In this document: positions 23,821 to 41,019 of the stretch, one piece after another
How positions within the stretch are numbered: the stretch's first letter is position 1
How the letters are laid out: every line of letters starts with the position of its first letter
Assembly (NCBI RefSeq): GCF_030384885.1
Contig: NZ_CP128613.1
DNA: 64,000 nt
From: Escherichia coli
GTDB taxonomy: Bacteria > Pseudomonadota > Gammaproteobacteria > Enterobacterales > Enterobacteriaceae
Reading direction: 5' to 3' (one strand)
Translations under genes and position numbers: made by a program
The notes under the pieces: generated by a model
Told to the model about the DNA's origin: nothing
Seen by the model: the letters and a program-made list of their open reading frames with translations, nothing else
Databases searched by the model: none

Positions 23821-25272
23821 TCATTCACGCCAGAAAGTCGGGGTAAAGAGCACCAGTAATGTAAAGACCTCGAGACGACCAAACAGCATATTGGCAATCA
23901 GGATCCATTTAGCCACCGGGTTCATACTGGTAAAGTTATCAGCAACCACGCCAAGCCCTGGCCCCAGGTTATTCAATGTCGCAACAACCGAGGCAAAGGC
24001 AGAAAAGTCATCCACCCCCGTGGCGATAATCGCCAGCATACTGACAATAAACACCAATGCATAGGCAGAGAAAAATCCCCAAACAGCTTCGAGGATACGT
24101 TCCGGCAGTGCGCGATTCCCTAGCTTAATGCTATAGACGGCGTTCGGATGCACCAGTCGTTTCAGCTCACGGTTCCCCTGCTTAAACAGCAGCAGAATGC
24201 GGATCACTTTCAGGCCACCGCCCGTAGACCCGGCGCAACCGCCAATAAATGCTGAACATAACAGCAGTACCGGCAAAAAGAGCGGCCAGCGGGCAATGCT
24301 ATCTGTCGTAAACCCGGCGGTTGTCGCCATCGACACCACCTGAAAAAACGCCTGGTTAATTGTCATCAGCGCCGAACTATAGACATTATGAAACCACAGC
24401 ACGAGGGTACAAATAACCACCAGCGTAAACTGTACGCCGATAAACATGCGAAATTCCGGATCGCGCCAATAAACCTTCAGACTACGCCCACTTAACAGCG
24501 AAAAGTGCAGACCGTAGTTACAGCCGGAGATCAGCAGGAAGATAGCAATGATGGTGTTAATAGTCGGGCTGTCGAAATAACCGATACTGGCATCATGTGT
24601 CGAGAAGCCGCCAATAGCGATAGTCGCAAAGCTATGGCCGATGGCATCAAAGGCATCCATTCCGGCAAACCACAACGCCAGCGCACAGGCGACGGTCAGC
24701 AAGACATAAATCAACCACAGGGTTTTCGCCGTTTCCGCAATTCGCGGGCGCATTTTGTTATCTTTCAGCGGGCCGGGCATTTCTGCGCGATAGAGCTGCA
24801 TCCCACCCACGCCGAGGATAGGCAGTATCGCAACCGCCAAAACGATGATCCCCATCCCGCCAAACCATTGCAGCATCTGGCGATAAAAGAGGATTGCGTG
24901 AGGAAGTGTATCCAGTCCCACCAGCGTAGTGGCCCCCGTGGTAGTCAGACCGGAGAAAGATTCAAAAAACGCATCGGTAATCGTGAGGTTTGGGCTTTCC
25001 GAAAAGATAAAAGGGAGCGCACCGACGCTACCCAACACGGTCCAGAACAGCACCACTATCAGAAACCCTTCACGGGATTTCAGTTCGCCCTTTTCTTTAC
25101 GGTTCGGCCACCACAGCATAGAACCAATGGCAAGGGCGACAAAAAAGGTCTGGGTAAAGGCGCGGCCCGCACCATCCCGGTAGATGAGTGCTACCAGCCC
25201 AGGGATAATCATGGTCCCTGAAAATAAGATGACCAGTAGTCCAACAATTCGGGTAATGGCGCGAAAATGCAT
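23821..25272 (-). CDS. trkH: potassium uptake protein TrkH
   Basis: 483-aa polytopic membrane protein, TrkH/KtrB family, 12 bp upstream of hemG. Confidence 0.96.
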   Translation of the reverse strand: MHFRAITRIVGLLVILFSGTMIIPGLVALIYRDGAGRAFTQTFFVALAIGSMLWWPNRKEKGELKSREGFLIVVLFWTVLGSVGALPFIFSESPNLTITDAFFESFSGLTTTGATTLVGLDTLPHAILFYRQMLQWFGGMGIIVLAVAILPILGVGGMQLYRAEMPGPLKDNKMRPRIAETAKTLWLIYVLLTVACALALWFAGMDAFDAIGHSFATIAIGGFSTHDASIGYFDSPTINTIIAIFLLISGCNYGLHFSLLSGRSLKVYWRDPEFRMFIGVQFTLVVICTLVLWFHNVYSSALMTINQAFFQVVSMATTAGFTTDSIARWPLFLPVLLLCSAFIGGCAGSTGGGLKVIRILLLFKQGNRELKRLVHPNAVYSIKLGNRALPERILEAVWGFFSAYALVFIVSMLAIIATGVDDFSAFASVVATLNNLGPGLGVVADNFTSMNPVAKWILIANMLFGRLEVFTLLVLFTPTFWRE

Positions 25273-25310
25273 CTCTGCCGCTTCCTTAGTTCTGCAAAAT
25301 GAAGTGGGGA

Positions 25311-25925
25311 TTATTCTTCAATCGCTAACAATTGCAATGAACCACGGCTAAAATCCGCCAGTTTTGCGGAAAATTCAGCCACTTTCGCCGCCGGAAGCGC
25401 CACCCGCAGCAGAACGAATGCCTGATAATCACTGTTGATAATTTTGCCGCCACACTGCCCCAGCAACGCTTCAATGCCGGTTAACTGACTATATTCACAT
25501 TGCAAAGTATATTCGGTTAATGGCGTCTTGCGTTGGGTCGTTAGCTGGCGCAGTGCCTGATTCACGCCGCCGCCATACGCTTTCACTAACCCACCGGTGC
25601 CCAGCAATATGCCGCCGTAGTAGCGCACCACCACGGCGGTAATTTCCCCGACGCCGCTGCCCATAAGTTGGGCGAGCATCGGTTTACCTGCCGTTCCCGC
25701 CGGTTCCCCGTCATCAGAGAAACCCAGTTGTTGAGAATCATCCGGTGCGCCAGCTACCCACGCCACACAATGGTGGCGAGCATCGGGATGCTCTGCCCGC
25801 ACCGATTCAACAAACGCTTTCGCCGCCTCAACGCCATCGGTATGCGCCAACAGCGTAATGAAGCGGCTCTTTTTGATCTCTTCAACGACCGTGACCGGTG
25901 CCGCAGGGATTAACCAGCTTTCCAT
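25311..25925 (-). CDS. yigZ: IMPACT-family protein YigZ
   Basis: About 204-aa ORF ([22 protein letters not shown]...); start codon overlaps the pepQ stop (TGATG). Confidence 0.9.
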   Translation of the reverse strand: MESWLIPAAPVTVVEEIKKSRFITLLAHTDGVEAAKAFVESVRAEHPDARHHCVAWVAGAPDDSQQLGFSDDGEPAGTAGKPMLAQLMGSGVGEITAVVVRYYGGILLGTGGLVKAYGGGVNQALRQLTTQRKTPLTEYTLQCEYSQLTGIEALLGQCGGKIINSDYQAFVLLRVALPAAKVAEFSAKLADFSRGSLQLLAIEE

Positions 25926-27256
25926 CACGCCAGTTTCAGATCCCGGGTCATGTTTTCCACGTTGTTTTCGTGGATCACCACGTTGTCTTCGATACGAATG
26001 CCACCAAACGGTTTCAGTGCTTCAATTTTCTGCCAGTTGAAGTGTTTGCTGAACTGCCCTTCACGCCACGGCGCCAGCAGCGATTCGATGAAGTAGATAC
26101 CCGGTTCGATGGTTAACACCATGCCCGGCTGGAGAATACGAGTGCAGCGCAGGTACGGATATTTTGCCGGTGCCGCGAGGTGCGTACCGCTATCATCCTG
26201 CATAAAACCAGCGACGTCATGCACCTGCAGGCCCAGCGGATGGCCGATACCATGCGGCATAAACGGTCCGGTAAGATCATTTTCGACCATCGCCTCTTCA
26301 CTCATATCGGTGATGATTTGATGTTTACGCAGCAGTTTGGCGATACGCTGATGGAACTGGATGTGGTAATCCACATAGCTGACGCCTGCTTTCATGGTAG
26401 CGATCAGCGCCAGTTGTTCATCATTTACGTCTTTCACCAACTGTGCATAGTCGTTGTCGCTTTTTGCCGACCAGGTACGAGTCAGGTCAGCCGCATAGCC
26501 GTTATATTCGGCCCCGGCATCCAGCAGGAAGCTGCGCATCTCTTCCGGTGCCTGATGGTCCAGTTTGGTGTAATGCAGTACCGCAGCATGTTCGTTGAGC
26601 GCCACAATGTTGCTGTAAGGCACGTCGGTATCACGATGACCGGTCGCGGTCAGATAGGCAATGTTGATATCGAACTCGCTCATGCCAGAACGGAACGCTT
26701 CTTCTGCCGCGCGATGGCCGTTGACCGCCATTTTCTGCGCTTCACGCATACAGGCCAGTTCGTACTCGGTTTTGAAGGAGCGGTAGTAATGCAGGTAGTC
26801 GATCACCCCTTTCGGGTTGATATTGCTGGCCTCAATACCCAGTTGCAGCGCACGTTCCGGCACCGGACCGATATAACCGATATTGCCGCGCGCAGCTGGC
26901 AACAGGCTACCAATGCCATCGGCTTTCGGCAGCGCGATCACTTCTATATCTTCAGTCCAGAAGGAGTTCGGCAGCGGTTCAACGTTGTGCCAGTAATCAA
27001 CCGGCAGATAGAACCACAGTTTCGGCTTATTCACGCCATCTACCAGCAGCCAGCAGTTTGGCACCTGAGTTACCGGCACCCACGCTTTGAATTGCGGGTT
27101 CACTTTAAACGGATAGGGATGATCGTCGAGAAAAACGTTGAACAGTTCGCCGGAGTGAATAAGTAACGCATCCAGTTTGAAGCGCGCCAGCGCATCGCGA
27201 GTCCGTTCCTGTAAGGTAGCTATATGATTTTTATAGAGCGAGGCCAGTGATTCCAT
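25925..27256 (-). CDS. pepQ: Xaa-Pro dipeptidase (prolidase)
   Basis: 443-aa ORF of the M24 metallopeptidase family with the metal-binding HGxGHxLG region ([13 protein letters not shown]). Confidence 0.96.
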   Translation of the reverse strand: MESLASLYKNHIATLQERTRDALARFKLDALLIHSGELFNVFLDDHPYPFKVNPQFKAWVPVTQVPNCWLLVDGVNKPKLWFYLPVDYWHNVEPLPNSFWTEDIEVIALPKADGIGSLLPAARGNIGYIGPVPERALQLGIEASNINPKGVIDYLHYYRSFKTEYELACMREAQKMAVNGHRAAEEAFRSGMSEFDINIAYLTATGHRDTDVPYSNIVALNEHAAVLHYTKLDHQAPEEMRSFLLDAGAEYNGYAADLTRTWSAKSDNDYAQLVKDVNDEQLALIATMKAGVSYVDYHIQFHQRIAKLLRKHQIITDMSEEAMVENDLTGPFMPHGIGHPLGLQVHDVAGFMQDDSGTHLAAPAKYPYLRCTRILQPGMVLTIEPGIYFIESLLAPWREGQFSKHFNWQKIEALKPFGGIRIEDNVVIHENNVENMTRDLKLA

Positions 27257-27402
27257 TTTTTACCCTTCTGTTTTTTGACCTTAAGTCTCCGCATCTTAGC
27301 ACAACGTTAATACAGAGCGTGATTTCTGCCGAGCGTGATCAGATTGGCATTTCTTTAATCTTTTATTTGCATATTTTTAACACAAAATACACACTTCGTC
27401 CC

Positions 27403-27419
27403 ATCTGGTACGACCAGAT
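27403..27419. promoter_or_regulatory. FadR operator upstream of fadB
   Basis: Perfect 17-bp palindrome ATCTGGTACGACCAGAT about 25 bp upstream of the fadB ATG, resembling the FadR consensus (AACTGGTCNGACCAGTT). Confidence 0.7.
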
Positions 27420-27444
27420 CACCTTGCGGATTCAGGAGACTGAC

Positions 27445-29634
27445 ATGCTTTACAAAGGCGACACCCTGTACCTTGACTGGCTGGAAGATGGCATTGCCGA
27501 ACTGGTATTTGATGCCCCAGGTTCAGTTAATAAACTCGACACTGCGACCGTCGCCAGCCTCGGCGAGGCCATCGGCGTGCTGGAACAGCAATCAGATTTA
27601 AAAGGGCTGCTGCTGCGTTCGAATAAAGCAGCCTTTATCGTCGGTGCTGATATCACCGAATTCTTGTCCCTGTTCCTCGTTCCTGAAGAACAGTTAAGCC
27701 AGTGGCTGCATTTTGCCAATAGCGTGTTTAATCGCCTGGAAGATCTGCCGGTGCCGACCATTGCTGCCGTCAACGGCTATGCGCTGGGCGGTGGCTGCGA
27801 ATGTGTGCTGGCGACCGATTATCGTCTGGCGACGCCAGATCTGCGCATCGGTCTGCCGGAAACCAAACTGGGCATTATGCCGGGCTTTGGCGGTTCTGTA
27901 CGTATGCCACGTATGCTCGGTGCTGATAGTGCGCTGGAAATCATTGCCGCCGGTAAAGATGTCGGCGCGGATCAGGCGCTGAAAATCGGTCTGGTGGATG
28001 GCGTAGTCAAAGCAGAAAAACTGGTTGAAGGCGCGAAGGCGATTTTACGTCAGGCTATTAACGGCGACCTCGACTGGAAAGCGAAACGTCAGCCGAAGCT
28101 GGAACCGCTAAAACTGAGCAAGATTGAAGCCACCATGAGCTTCACCATCGCTAAAGGAATGGTCGCACAAACGGCAGGGAAACATTACCCCGCGCCCATC
28201 ACCGCAGTAAAAACCATTGAAGCGGCTGCCCGTTTTGGTCGTAAAGAAGCATTAAATCTGGAAAACAAAAGTTTTGTCCCGCTGGCGCATACCAACGAAG
28301 CTCGCGCACTGGTCGGCATTTTCCTTAACGATCAATATGTAAAAGGCAAAGCGAAGAAACTCACCAAAGACGTTGAAACCCCAAAACAGGCCGCTGTGCT
28401 GGGCGCAGGCATTATGGGCGGCGGCATTGCTTACCAGTCTGCGTGGAAAGGCGTGCCGGTTGTCATGAAAGATATCAATGACAAGTCGTTAACCCTCGGT
28501 ATGACTGAAGCCGCAAAACTGCTGAACAAGCAGCTTGAGCGCGGCAAGATCGATGGTCTGAAACTGGCTGGCGTGATCTCCACGATTCATCCAACGCTCG
28601 ACTACGCCGGGTTTGATCGCGTGGATATTGTGGTAGAAGCGGTTGTTGAAAACCCGAAAGTGAAAAAAGCCGTGCTGGCAGAAACCGAGCAGAAAGTACG
28701 CCCGGATACCGTGCTGGCGTCTAACACTTCAACCATTCCTATCAGCGAACTGGCCAACGCGCTGGAACGTCCGGAAAACTTCTGCGGGATGCACTTCTTT
28801 AACCCGGTCCACCGAATGCCGTTGGTGGAAATTATTCGCGGTGAGAAAAGCTCCGACGAAACCATCGCGAAAGTTGTCGCATGGGCGAGCAAGATGGGTA
28901 AAACGCCAATTGTGGTTAATGACTGCCCCGGCTTCTTTGTTAACCGCGTGCTGTTCCCCTACTTCGCCGGATTCAGCCAGCTGCTGCGCGACGGCGCGGA
29001 TTTTCGCAAGATCGACAAAGTGATGGAAAAACAGTTCGGCTGGCCGATGGGTCCGGCATACCTGCTGGATGTCGTGGGCATTGATACCGCGCATCACGCC
29101 CAGGCAGTGATGGCAGCAGGTTTCCCGCAGCGGATGCAGAAAGATTATCGCGATGCCATCGACGCACTGTTTGATGCCAACCGTTTTGGTCAGAAAAACG
29201 GCCTCGGTTTCTGGCGTTATAAAGAAGACTGCAAAGGTAAGCCGAAGAAAGAAGAAGATGCCGCCGTTGACGACCTGCTGGCAGAAGTCAGCCAGCCGAA
29301 GCGCGATTTCAGCGAAGAAGAGATTATCGCCCGCATGATGATCCCGATGGTCAACGAAGTGGTGCGTTGTCTGGAGGAAGGCATTATCGCCACTCCGGCA
29401 GAAGCCGATATGGCACTGGTCTACGGCCTGGGCTTCCCTCCGTTCCACGGCGGCGCGTTCCGCTGGCTGGACACCCTCGGTAGCGCAAAATATCTCGATA
29501 TGGCACAGCAATATCAGCACCTCGGCCCGCTGTATGAAGTGCCGGAAGGTCTGCGTAATAAAGCGCGTCATAACGAACCGTACTATCCCCCGGTTGAGCC
29601 AGCCCGTCCGGTTGGCGACCTGAAAACGGCTTAA
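27445..29634 (+). CDS. fadB: fatty acid oxidation complex alpha subunit (enoyl-CoA hydratase / 3-hydroxyacyl-CoA dehydrogenase)
   Basis: 729-aa ORF from [16 protein letters not shown]; crotonase-fold N-terminus and NAD-binding [10 protein letters not shown] motif. Confidence 0.97.
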   Translation: MLYKGDTLYLDWLEDGIAELVFDAPGSVNKLDTATVASLGEAIGVLEQQSDLKGLLLRSNKAAFIVGADITEFLSLFLVPEEQLSQWLHFANSVFNRLEDLPVPTIAAVNGYALGGGCECVLATDYRLATPDLRIGLPETKLGIMPGFGGSVRMPRMLGADSALEIIAAGKDVGADQALKIGLVDGVVKAEKLVEGAKAILRQAINGDLDWKAKRQPKLEPLKLSKIEATMSFTIAKGMVAQTAGKHYPAPITAVKTIEAAARFGRKEALNLENKSFVPLAHTNEARALVGIFLNDQYVKGKAKKLTKDVETPKQAAVLGAGIMGGGIAYQSAWKGVPVVMKDINDKSLTLGMTEAAKLLNKQLERGKIDGLKLAGVISTIHPTLDYAGFDRVDIVVEAVVENPKVKKAVLAETEQKVRPDTVLASNTSTIPISELANALERPENFCGMHFFNPVHRMPLVEIIRGEKSSDETIAKVVAWASKMGKTPIVVNDCPGFFVNRVLFPYFAGFSQLLRDGADFRKIDKVMEKQFGWPMGPAYLLDVVGIDTAHHAQAVMAAGFPQRMQKDYRDAIDALFDANRFGQKNGLGFWRYKEDCKGKPKKEEDAAVDDLLAEVSQPKRDFSEEEIIARMMIPMVNEVVRCLEEGIIATPAEADMALVYGLGFPPFHGGAFRWLDTLGSAKYLDMAQQYQHLGPLYEVPEGLRNKARHNEPYYPPVEPARPVGDLKTA

Positions 29635-30807
<1,173 letters not shown>

Positions 30808-30814
30808 CCACTTG

Positions 30815-30940
30815 CCGGATGCGGCGTGAATGCCTTATCCGGTCTACCGACCCGGCACTAATGTAGGCCTGATAAGACGCACCAGCGTCGCATCAGGCAT
30901 CGTGCATCGATTGCCGGATGCGACATAGATCTAAATGCCA
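30815..30940. repeat. REP/BIME palindromic repeat cluster
   Basis: GCCGGATGCGGCGTGAATGCCTTATCCGG, GCCTGATAAGACGCACCAGCGTCGCATCAGGC and a further GCCGGATGCGAC unit. Confidence 0.6.
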
Positions 30941-30976
30941 CTGTATCACTGTATAAAGTTTTAGTTGCCGTTCTTC

Positions 30977-31003
30977 CCGCCTGTCAGGGGCGGGTTTTTT
31001 ATA
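30977..31003. terminator. hairpin terminator between convergent fadA and fre
   Basis: Stem CCCGCC...GGCGGG (cccgcctgtcaggggcggg) followed by TTTTTTAT. Confidence 0.55.
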
Positions 31004-31005
31004 TC

Positions 31006-31707
31006 TCAGATAAATGCAAACGCATCGCCAAACAGGCGATCTTCCCGCGCATTACGCTCACTGCAAAACAGGTCACGGGCAATTTTCGCCATCTCAAAAC
31101 GTCCGGCAATATAGATATCATGCTCTGCCAGCGTACCGTGATCCTGCAATACCGCCGTTAACACAGTGCCAGTACGCCCACGCCAGCCCGCTTCCGGTTG
31201 TTCAACCACCGGCACCACTTGCAAACCTGGATGCTTAAGCGAAAGCGCCTCAAGCTCGGAGAGATCATAAAGATGCTGCTCTTCACGCCCGCCCCAGTAA
31301 ATGGTGATATCACGGTTTGGGTTACGCGCCAGCGCCGTCAGCAAAATCGAGCGCGCATAAGAGAAGCCTGTACCGCCCGCAATCAAAATCATCGGACGCT
31401 CTTCATCATCGCGCAGCCACGCTTCTCCGTGGGGAATATCGACCACGATTTGATGATCTTTGAGGATGCGGTCCATGACTGCTTTCGCGTAAAGGTTGAT
31501 TTCAGAAGCGCCAATATGCAGCTCGATAAACTCTTTTTCATCCGGCGTCGAAGCCATTGAGAATGGACGTTTATCGCGCTCATCCATCACCACCATCAAA
31601 TACTGACCAGCACGAAAAGAAAAGGCCGCGTCTGGCACGATGCGGACACGATATACGGTATCGGTGATAGCTTCTACCGAGGTCACTTTACAGCTTAAGG
31701 TTGTCAT
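31006..31707 (-). CDS. fre: NAD(P)H-flavin reductase
   Basis: 233-aa ORF from [21 protein letters not shown]; ferredoxin-NADP reductase-like fold. Confidence 0.93.
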   Translation of the reverse strand: MTTLSCKVTSVEAITDTVYRVRIVPDAAFSFRAGQYLMVVMDERDKRPFSMASTPDEKEFIELHIGASEINLYAKAVMDRILKDHQIVVDIPHGEAWLRDDEERPMILIAGGTGFSYARSILLTALARNPNRDITIYWGGREEQHLYDLSELEALSLKHPGLQVVPVVEQPEAGWRGRTGTVLTAVLQDHGTLAEHDIYIAGRFEMAKIARDLFCSERNAREDRLFGDAFAFI

Positions 31708-31752
31708 GCGCTTTCTCTGTCGGATCGATAAATAGGGCAAAACAAACGCGCA

Positions 31753-33246
31753 TCAGGCGCTTTTACCGTTGTTAAAAATAGCCAGTTCATCCCAGATGGC
31801 GTCAATATGCGCGACAACATCCGGATCTTTTTTGATGGGACGTCCCCATTCACGCTGGGTTTCCCCTGGCCATTTATTCGTGGCATCCAGCCCCATTTTT
31901 GAACCCAGCCCGGAGACAGGCGAGGCAAAATCCAGATAATCAATAGGCGTATTTTCGACCAACACCGTGTCCCGCGCCGGGTCCATACGGGTGGTAATCG
32001 CCCAAATCACATCGTTCCAGTCGCGTGCGTTGACGTCATCATCGCAAACGATCACAAATTTAGTGTACATAAACTGGCGTAAGAACGACCAGACGCCCAT
32101 CATGACGCGCTTCGCGTGTCCGGCGTACTGTTTTTTGATTGTCACTACCGCCAGACGATATGAACAGCCTTCCGGCGGCAGGTAAAAATCGACAATTTCC
32201 GGGAACTGTTTTTGCAGAATCGGCACGAACACTTCGTTCAACGCTACGCCCAGTACCGCGGGTTCATCTGGCGGACGCCCGGTATAGGTGGAATGGTAAA
32301 TCGCATCTTCACGCTGGGTAATATGCGTCACGGTGAATACCGGGAAACTATCGACTTCGTTATAGTAACCGGTGTGGTCGCCATACGGCCCTTCCGGCGC
32401 CGTTTCACCTTGTTCGATATACCCTTCCAGCACAATCTCCGCACTGGCGGGCACTTCAAGGTCATTGGAGATACACTTCACCACTTCGGTCTTGGTGCCG
32501 CGCAGCAATCCGGCAAACGCATATTCTGAAAGTGTATCCGGAACGGGCGTTACCGCACCGAGAATCGTTGCGGGATCAGCACCCAGCGCCACAGAAACCG
32601 GGAAACGTTCGCCCGGATGTGCCGCGCACCACTCCTGATAATCTAGCGCGCCGCCGCGATGCGACAGCCAACGCATAATCAGTTTGTTTTTACCAATCAG
32701 CTGCTGGCGATAAATACCCAGATTCTGCCGTTCTTTATTCGGGCCGCGCGTCACTGTCAGCCCCCAGGTAATCAGCGGCGCGGCATCTTCCGGCCAGCAG
32801 GTCATAATGGGAATGCGATTGAGATCGACGTCATCGCCAGAGACGATTTTTTGTTGGCAGGGCGCACCACGCAGTCGCTTTGTCGGCATGTTCAATACTT
32901 GTTTAAACTGCGGCAGTTTATCAAACAGGTCGCGGAAACCTTTTGGCGGCTCCGGCTCTTTCAGAAAAGCCAATAATTTACCCACTTCACGCAGCGCCGA
33001 AACATCTTCCTGCCCCATGCCCATCGCCACGCGCTTCGGCGTACCGAACAGGTTGCAAAGCACCGGCATTGAGTACCCTTTAGGGTTTTCGAATAACAGC
33101 GCAGGCCCACCTGCACGCAAAGTGCGGTCAGCAATTTCAGTGATTTCCAGATGCGGATCCACCGGGAGAGTGATACGTTTTAGCTCACCCTGCTGTTCAA
33201 GCAGCGTCAGGAAGTCGCGTAAATCGTTATATTTCATGGCATCCAT
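31753..33246 (-). CDS. ubiD: 3-octaprenyl-4-hydroxybenzoate decarboxylase
   Basis: 497-aa ORF ([25 protein letters not shown]...), UbiD family. Confidence 0.96.
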   Translation of the reverse strand: MDAMKYNDLRDFLTLLEQQGELKRITLPVDPHLEITEIADRTLRAGGPALLFENPKGYSMPVLCNLFGTPKRVAMGMGQEDVSALREVGKLLAFLKEPEPPKGFRDLFDKLPQFKQVLNMPTKRLRGAPCQQKIVSGDDVDLNRIPIMTCWPEDAAPLITWGLTVTRGPNKERQNLGIYRQQLIGKNKLIMRWLSHRGGALDYQEWCAAHPGERFPVSVALGADPATILGAVTPVPDTLSEYAFAGLLRGTKTEVVKCISNDLEVPASAEIVLEGYIEQGETAPEGPYGDHTGYYNEVDSFPVFTVTHITQREDAIYHSTYTGRPPDEPAVLGVALNEVFVPILQKQFPEIVDFYLPPEGCSYRLAVVTIKKQYAGHAKRVMMGVWSFLRQFMYTKFVIVCDDDVNARDWNDVIWAITTRMDPARDTVLVENTPIDYLDFASPVSGLGSKMGLDATNKWPGETQREWGRPIKKDPDVVAHIDAIWDELAIFNNGKSA

Positions 33247-33367
33247 TGTAGCCTCTTAATCTGCGCCCATTATACGGCGTTCATCTTTGCGATGCTGTAA
33301 ATTTGTTAAATTAGCGTGAACTCTGACGGTATAACGCAAACCGGGGAATATAATTAACTTAGCGTAA

Positions 33368-34680
<1,313 letters not shown>

Positions 34681-34721
34681 CCTGTACTCCATATGACAAC
34701 CGCCCTGACGGGCGGTTGAAT

Positions 34722-35498
34722 TTATTCTTCAGTTTTTTCGCTTTCTGCTTCAGCGTCGTTTTCCTCTTCCCGGTTTCGACCCTTACCAACGTAAAAGCGT
34801 GAGAAGAAGACACCAATTTCAAACAAGCAGTACATCGGGATCGCCAGCAGCGTTTGCGAGAAGACATCCGGCGGCGTCAGCAACATCCCGACGACGAATG
34901 CGCCAACCAGCACATACGGACGTTTTTTGCGTAAGTCTTCTGGCGAGGTAATCCCCATCCAGCACAGCAACACAATTGCCACCGGCACTTCAAAGGAGAC
35001 ACCAAACGCCATAAACAACGCCATAACGAAGCTTAAATAGCTGGCGATGTCGGTGGATACCTGTACCCCTTCCGGCGCGGTATTGGCAAGGAAGCCAAAT
35101 GCCAGAGGAAAGACCACAAAGTAGGCGAACGCCATGCCGATATAAAACAACAGAGAGCTGGAAACCAGCAGCGGCACCACCAGGCGACGTTCATGCTTAT
35201 ACAGCGCTGGGGCGATAAACGCCCACACCTGATAGAGAATCACCGGCGCTGACAGAATCAGCGACACCATAAAGGTCAGCTTGATCGGCGTAAAGAACGG
35301 TGAGGCCACGTCGGTGGCGATCATCGTTGAACCTTGCGGCAACTGCTTGATCAATGGCGCGGATACCAGGTGATAGATGTCATTGGCGAAATAGACCAGA
35401 CACAGGAATATCACGATCACCGCGATAATGCAGTTCAGCAGACGCTTACGCAGCTCAATCAGGTGCGTGATAAGCGGTTGAGTATCTTCTACAGACAT
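34722..35498 (-). CDS. tatC: twin-arginine translocase subunit TatC
   Basis: 258-aa six-TM protein ([21 protein letters not shown]...). Confidence 0.97.
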
Positions 35499-35500
35499 GT

Positions 35501-36016
35501 TTACGGTTTATCACTCGACGAAGGGGAAGGTGCAGCGGTTTTCGGTTCAGCGTCCGCAGCTGGTTTTACCGCCGGCTCTGGCGTGGTTTCTGGCTTCTGT
35601 TGCGGCGAACTGGCCTGCGTTTGTGCAGCGGCAGGCGTTACGCCTTCATGCGCAGCTTCATTATCTTTCACCACCGGGTTATGGATGGTGTGCGCTTCAT
35701 CGCTCGCCTTTTCAGGATCGTTTGCAACGTAGGAACGCTTCATCGACTCCGCGGCCTGGCGTAGTTCATCCATCGACGCTTTCAGTTCGGGCGTCAGGTT
35801 AGTGAGGCTCGCCTTTTCAACCTTTTTCAGGCTGTCCTGAAACTCCTGGAGTTTTAACTCCTGGGTCAGTTCGTTCTGCACCGTTGTCGCCAGTGAACGC
35901 AACGCGCGAATCCAGCCAGCTACCGTTTTTACCGCCACAGGCAGTCGTTGCGGCCCCAGAACGACGAGGCCGATGATGAACACCAATAGCAGTTCGCTAA
36001 AACCGATATCAAACAC
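35501..36016 (-). CDS. tatB: twin-arginine translocase subunit TatB
   Basis: 171-aa ORF with N-terminal TM helix ([26 protein letters not shown]) and Pro/Ala-rich tail. Confidence 0.96.
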
Positions 36017-36019
36017 GGA

Positions 36020-36289
36020 TTACACCTGCTCTTTATCGTGGCGCTTCGCGTCTTCTGTTTTAGCCTGTTCCTGATTCGTATCCGCCTGCTTATCGGCGAT
36101 AGTTTTCGCAGTAAAATCAGCATCCTGACTGGTTTTATCCTGCTTTGGTTCATCATCGCTCATTGCTTTTTTAAAGCCTTTGATCGACGCACCAAGATCG
36201 GAACCGATGGAGCCGAGCTTTTTGGTGCCAAAAAGCAGTACAACGATGACGGCAATAATCAATAACTGCCAAATACTGATACCACCCAT
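36020..36289 (-). CDS. tatA: twin-arginine translocase subunit TatA
   Basis: 89-aa ORF from [27 protein letters not shown]; start chosen inside the track ORF. Confidence 0.95.
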   Translation of the reverse strand: MGGISIWQLLIIAVIVVLLFGTKKLGSIGSDLGASIKGFKKAMSDDEPKQDKTSQDADFTAKTIADKQADTNQEQAKTEDAKRHDKEQV

Positions 36290-36367
36290 ACATGTTCCTC
36301 TGTGGTAGATGATGATTAAACAAGGCCGCATTATACGTTACACGGCCCGCCTTGAGCGATGAAAAAA

Positions 36368-38610
<2,243 letters not shown>

Positions 38611-38623
38611 TTCCGGTCTCCTG

Positions 38624-39379
38624 TCAGAACTTATAACCACGATGCAGCGCCACAACCCCTGCCGTCAGGTTGTAATAGTCGACACTTTCGAATCCAGCAT
38701 CCTGCATCATAGCTTTCAGGGTGTCCTGATCGGGATGCATGCGGATAGATTCAGCAAGATAACGGTAGCTGTCAGCGTCGTTCGCGACCAGTGAGCCAAT
38801 ACGCGGCAGCACATGGAAGGAGTAAGCGTCATAGGCCTTACTTAACGGCTCGATAATCGGCTTCGAGAACTCAAGCACCAGCAGTCGGCCGCCAGGTTTC
38901 AGAACGCGATACATTGAACGCAGAGCTTTATCTTTGTCAGTGACGTTACGCAGACCAAACGAAATGGTGATGCAATCAAAGGTGTTATCCGGGAACGGCA
39001 GCGCCTCAGCGTTCGCCTGAACATACTCAACGTTGCCAATCACACCAATATTACGCAGCTTCTCGCGGCCCATTTTGAGCATGGATTCATTGATATCAGC
39101 AAGGACCACTTTGCCAGTTTCACCCACCAGGCGGGAGAATTTCGCTGTCAGGTCGCCAGTACCGCCTGCCAGATCCAGCACGGTCTGCCCGCGGCGTACG
39201 CCACTGCAATCAATCGTGAAGCGTTTCCACAAACGATGTATGCCAAAAGACATCAAATCATTCATGACATCGTATTTCGATGCCACGGAATGGAAAACGT
39301 GGGCGACCATATCCGCTTTTTGTTCCTTCGCGACGGTCTGAAAACCAAAGTGCGTCGTTTCTTGTGACTTATCCACCAT
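38624..39379 (-). CDS. ubiE: ubiquinone/menaquinone C-methyltransferase
   Basis: 251-aa ORF with SAM-binding motif ([11 protein letters not shown]). Confidence 0.96.
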
Positions 39380-39473
39380 CTCAATGCCTGCTCATCAAAA
39401 AATTGTTCCAGAAGTGTAACAGATTGGGCGTCGATGCCCTAGATTTCTACCCGGCTTAACTACCCCCAATGGG

Positions 39474-40901
39474 CTAGCGCGACTGCTGATTATATTCATC
39501 ATCGCGTTGATAAGCTTCATCATTCGGCTGCTCCGGTACCGACCGCAGTCGATACTCTTCATCCTGGCTCACCGCTTGTTCAGCCAAATCCGGATTAATC
39601 TCGCGTTTAATTTCTACTCCTAAACCGCGAAACGCTTCTGCCTGCGCCAGCACATTTCCGCGACCTGAAGAGAGTTTTTTCATTGCCTGGCGATAGTTGT
39701 CCTGTGCTTTGTCCAGACTTTGACCAATCGCGGACATATCATCGACAAACAAGCGCATTTTGTCGTACAACTTGCTGGCGCGATCGGCTATTTTCTGGGC
39801 GTTACGACTTTGATGCTCATAGCGCCAGAGGTTGGCGATAGTGCGCAGCGCCACCAGCAGCGTGGTCGGGCTAACCAGCATGATATTGTTTTTCAACGCT
39901 TCGGTGATCAGCTCCGGCTGGCGGTCAAGCGCCAGTAAAAAAGCGGGTTCAACGGGAATAAACATCAGCACGTAATCCAGGGTTCGCAGCCCCGGCAGCT
40001 GTTGATAATCTTTGCGTCCCAGCAAACGGATATGGTTACGCACCGACGCGATATGTTCCTGTAGCGCGCTTTCGCGGGTGTAGTCGTCTTCTGCGTTGAA
40101 ATAGCGTTCATAGGCGACCAGTGTCATTTTTGCGTCGATCACCACATCTTTGCCCTGCGGCAACCGCACGATGACATCCGGCTGCATCCGCGAGCGGGCG
40201 TCATTTTCGATGCTGACCTGGGTTTCATATTCATACCCTTCACGCAGACCGGAAGCCTCCAGCACACGCGTCAATACTACCTCGCCCCAGTTGCCCTGGG
40301 TTTTATTGTCGCCTTTCAGCGCACGCGTCAGGTTGATCGCTTCCTGGGCCATTTGCGCGTTGAGCTGCTGGAGATTGCGTATTTCGTGAGTCAGGGTATG
40401 GCGTTCTTGTGCTTCTTTACCGAAACTGTCCTGAACCTGACGACGAAAACCGTCCAGTTGTTCACGTAGTGGCGACAACAGGCTGTTCAGACTCTGACGG
40501 TTTTGCTCATCAACCCGGCGATTGCTGTGCTCGAAAATACGGTTGGCGAGGTTTTCAAACTGCTCACTGAGGCGCTGTTCGCTGTTGATCATTTGGCGAA
40601 TTTTATCGTCAGCATGTTGCTGTACGGCCTCCATTCGCGTGGTGACTTCACGCAGATCCGCCTCCAGCGAGGTGTTAATGCTTTGCAGACTGCGCACTTC
40701 ATTATTGAGTAACTCGCACTCAGCACGCCAATGTTCGCTTTGGGTAATTTGTTGTTTTGCCGCACTTAACTCCGCGATCATCTCTTCACGTTCAGCGAAT
40801 TGCTCGGCTTTTTGCTGCGCATGCTGATAACTGGCAATCAGCCAGCCAATCGCCACGCTCACCAACGCAATAACTGCGTAAACCATGATTGAGATATCCA
40901 C
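39474..40901 (-). CDS. rmuC: DNA recombination protein RmuC
   Basis: RmuC family with N-terminal TM helix and long coiled-coil; start set at GTG (VDISIMVYAV...) giving about 475 aa, with an ATG alternative 5 codons downstream. Confidence 0.9.
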   Translation of the reverse strand: MDISIMVYAVIALVSVAIGWLIASYQHAQQKAEQFAEREEMIAELSAAKQQITQSEHWRAECELLNNEVRSLQSINTSLEADLREVTTRMEAVQQHADDKIRQMINSEQRLSEQFENLANRIFEHSNRRVDEQNRQSLNSLLSPLREQLDGFRRQVQDSFGKEAQERHTLTHEIRNLQQLNAQMAQEAINLTRALKGDNKTQGNWGEVVLTRVLEASGLREGYEYETQVSIENDARSRMQPDVIVRLPQGKDVVIDAKMTLVAYERYFNAEDDYTRESALQEHIASVRNHIRLLGRKDYQQLPGLRTLDYVLMFIPVEPAFLLALDRQPELITEALKNNIMLVSPTTLLVALRTIANLWRYEHQSRNAQKIADRASKLYDKMRLFVDDMSAIGQSLDKAQDNYRQAMKKLSSGRGNVLAQAEAFRGLGVEIKREINPDLAEQAVSQDEEYRLRSVPEQPNDEAYQRDDEYNQQSR

Positions 40902-41019
40902 AACGCCTCCAGCCTCATTACTTACCCGCACAAAATAGAATTGTGCTGTACAAACGTCCAGTTTGAAAGAAGTTTCCTGCGAGGCGCTACGCAAAACGAT
41001 CCTTAATTTTTATTATTTT

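Noticed and set aside
24505-25221. 238-aa + strand ORF inside trkH
   Set aside because: Antisense to the membrane transporter; its translation is Arg/Gln/His-rich, as expected when reading hydrophobic codons in reverse.
26180-27166. 328-aa + strand ORF inside pepQ
   Set aside because: Antisense frame of pepQ; no start context, no domain resemblance.
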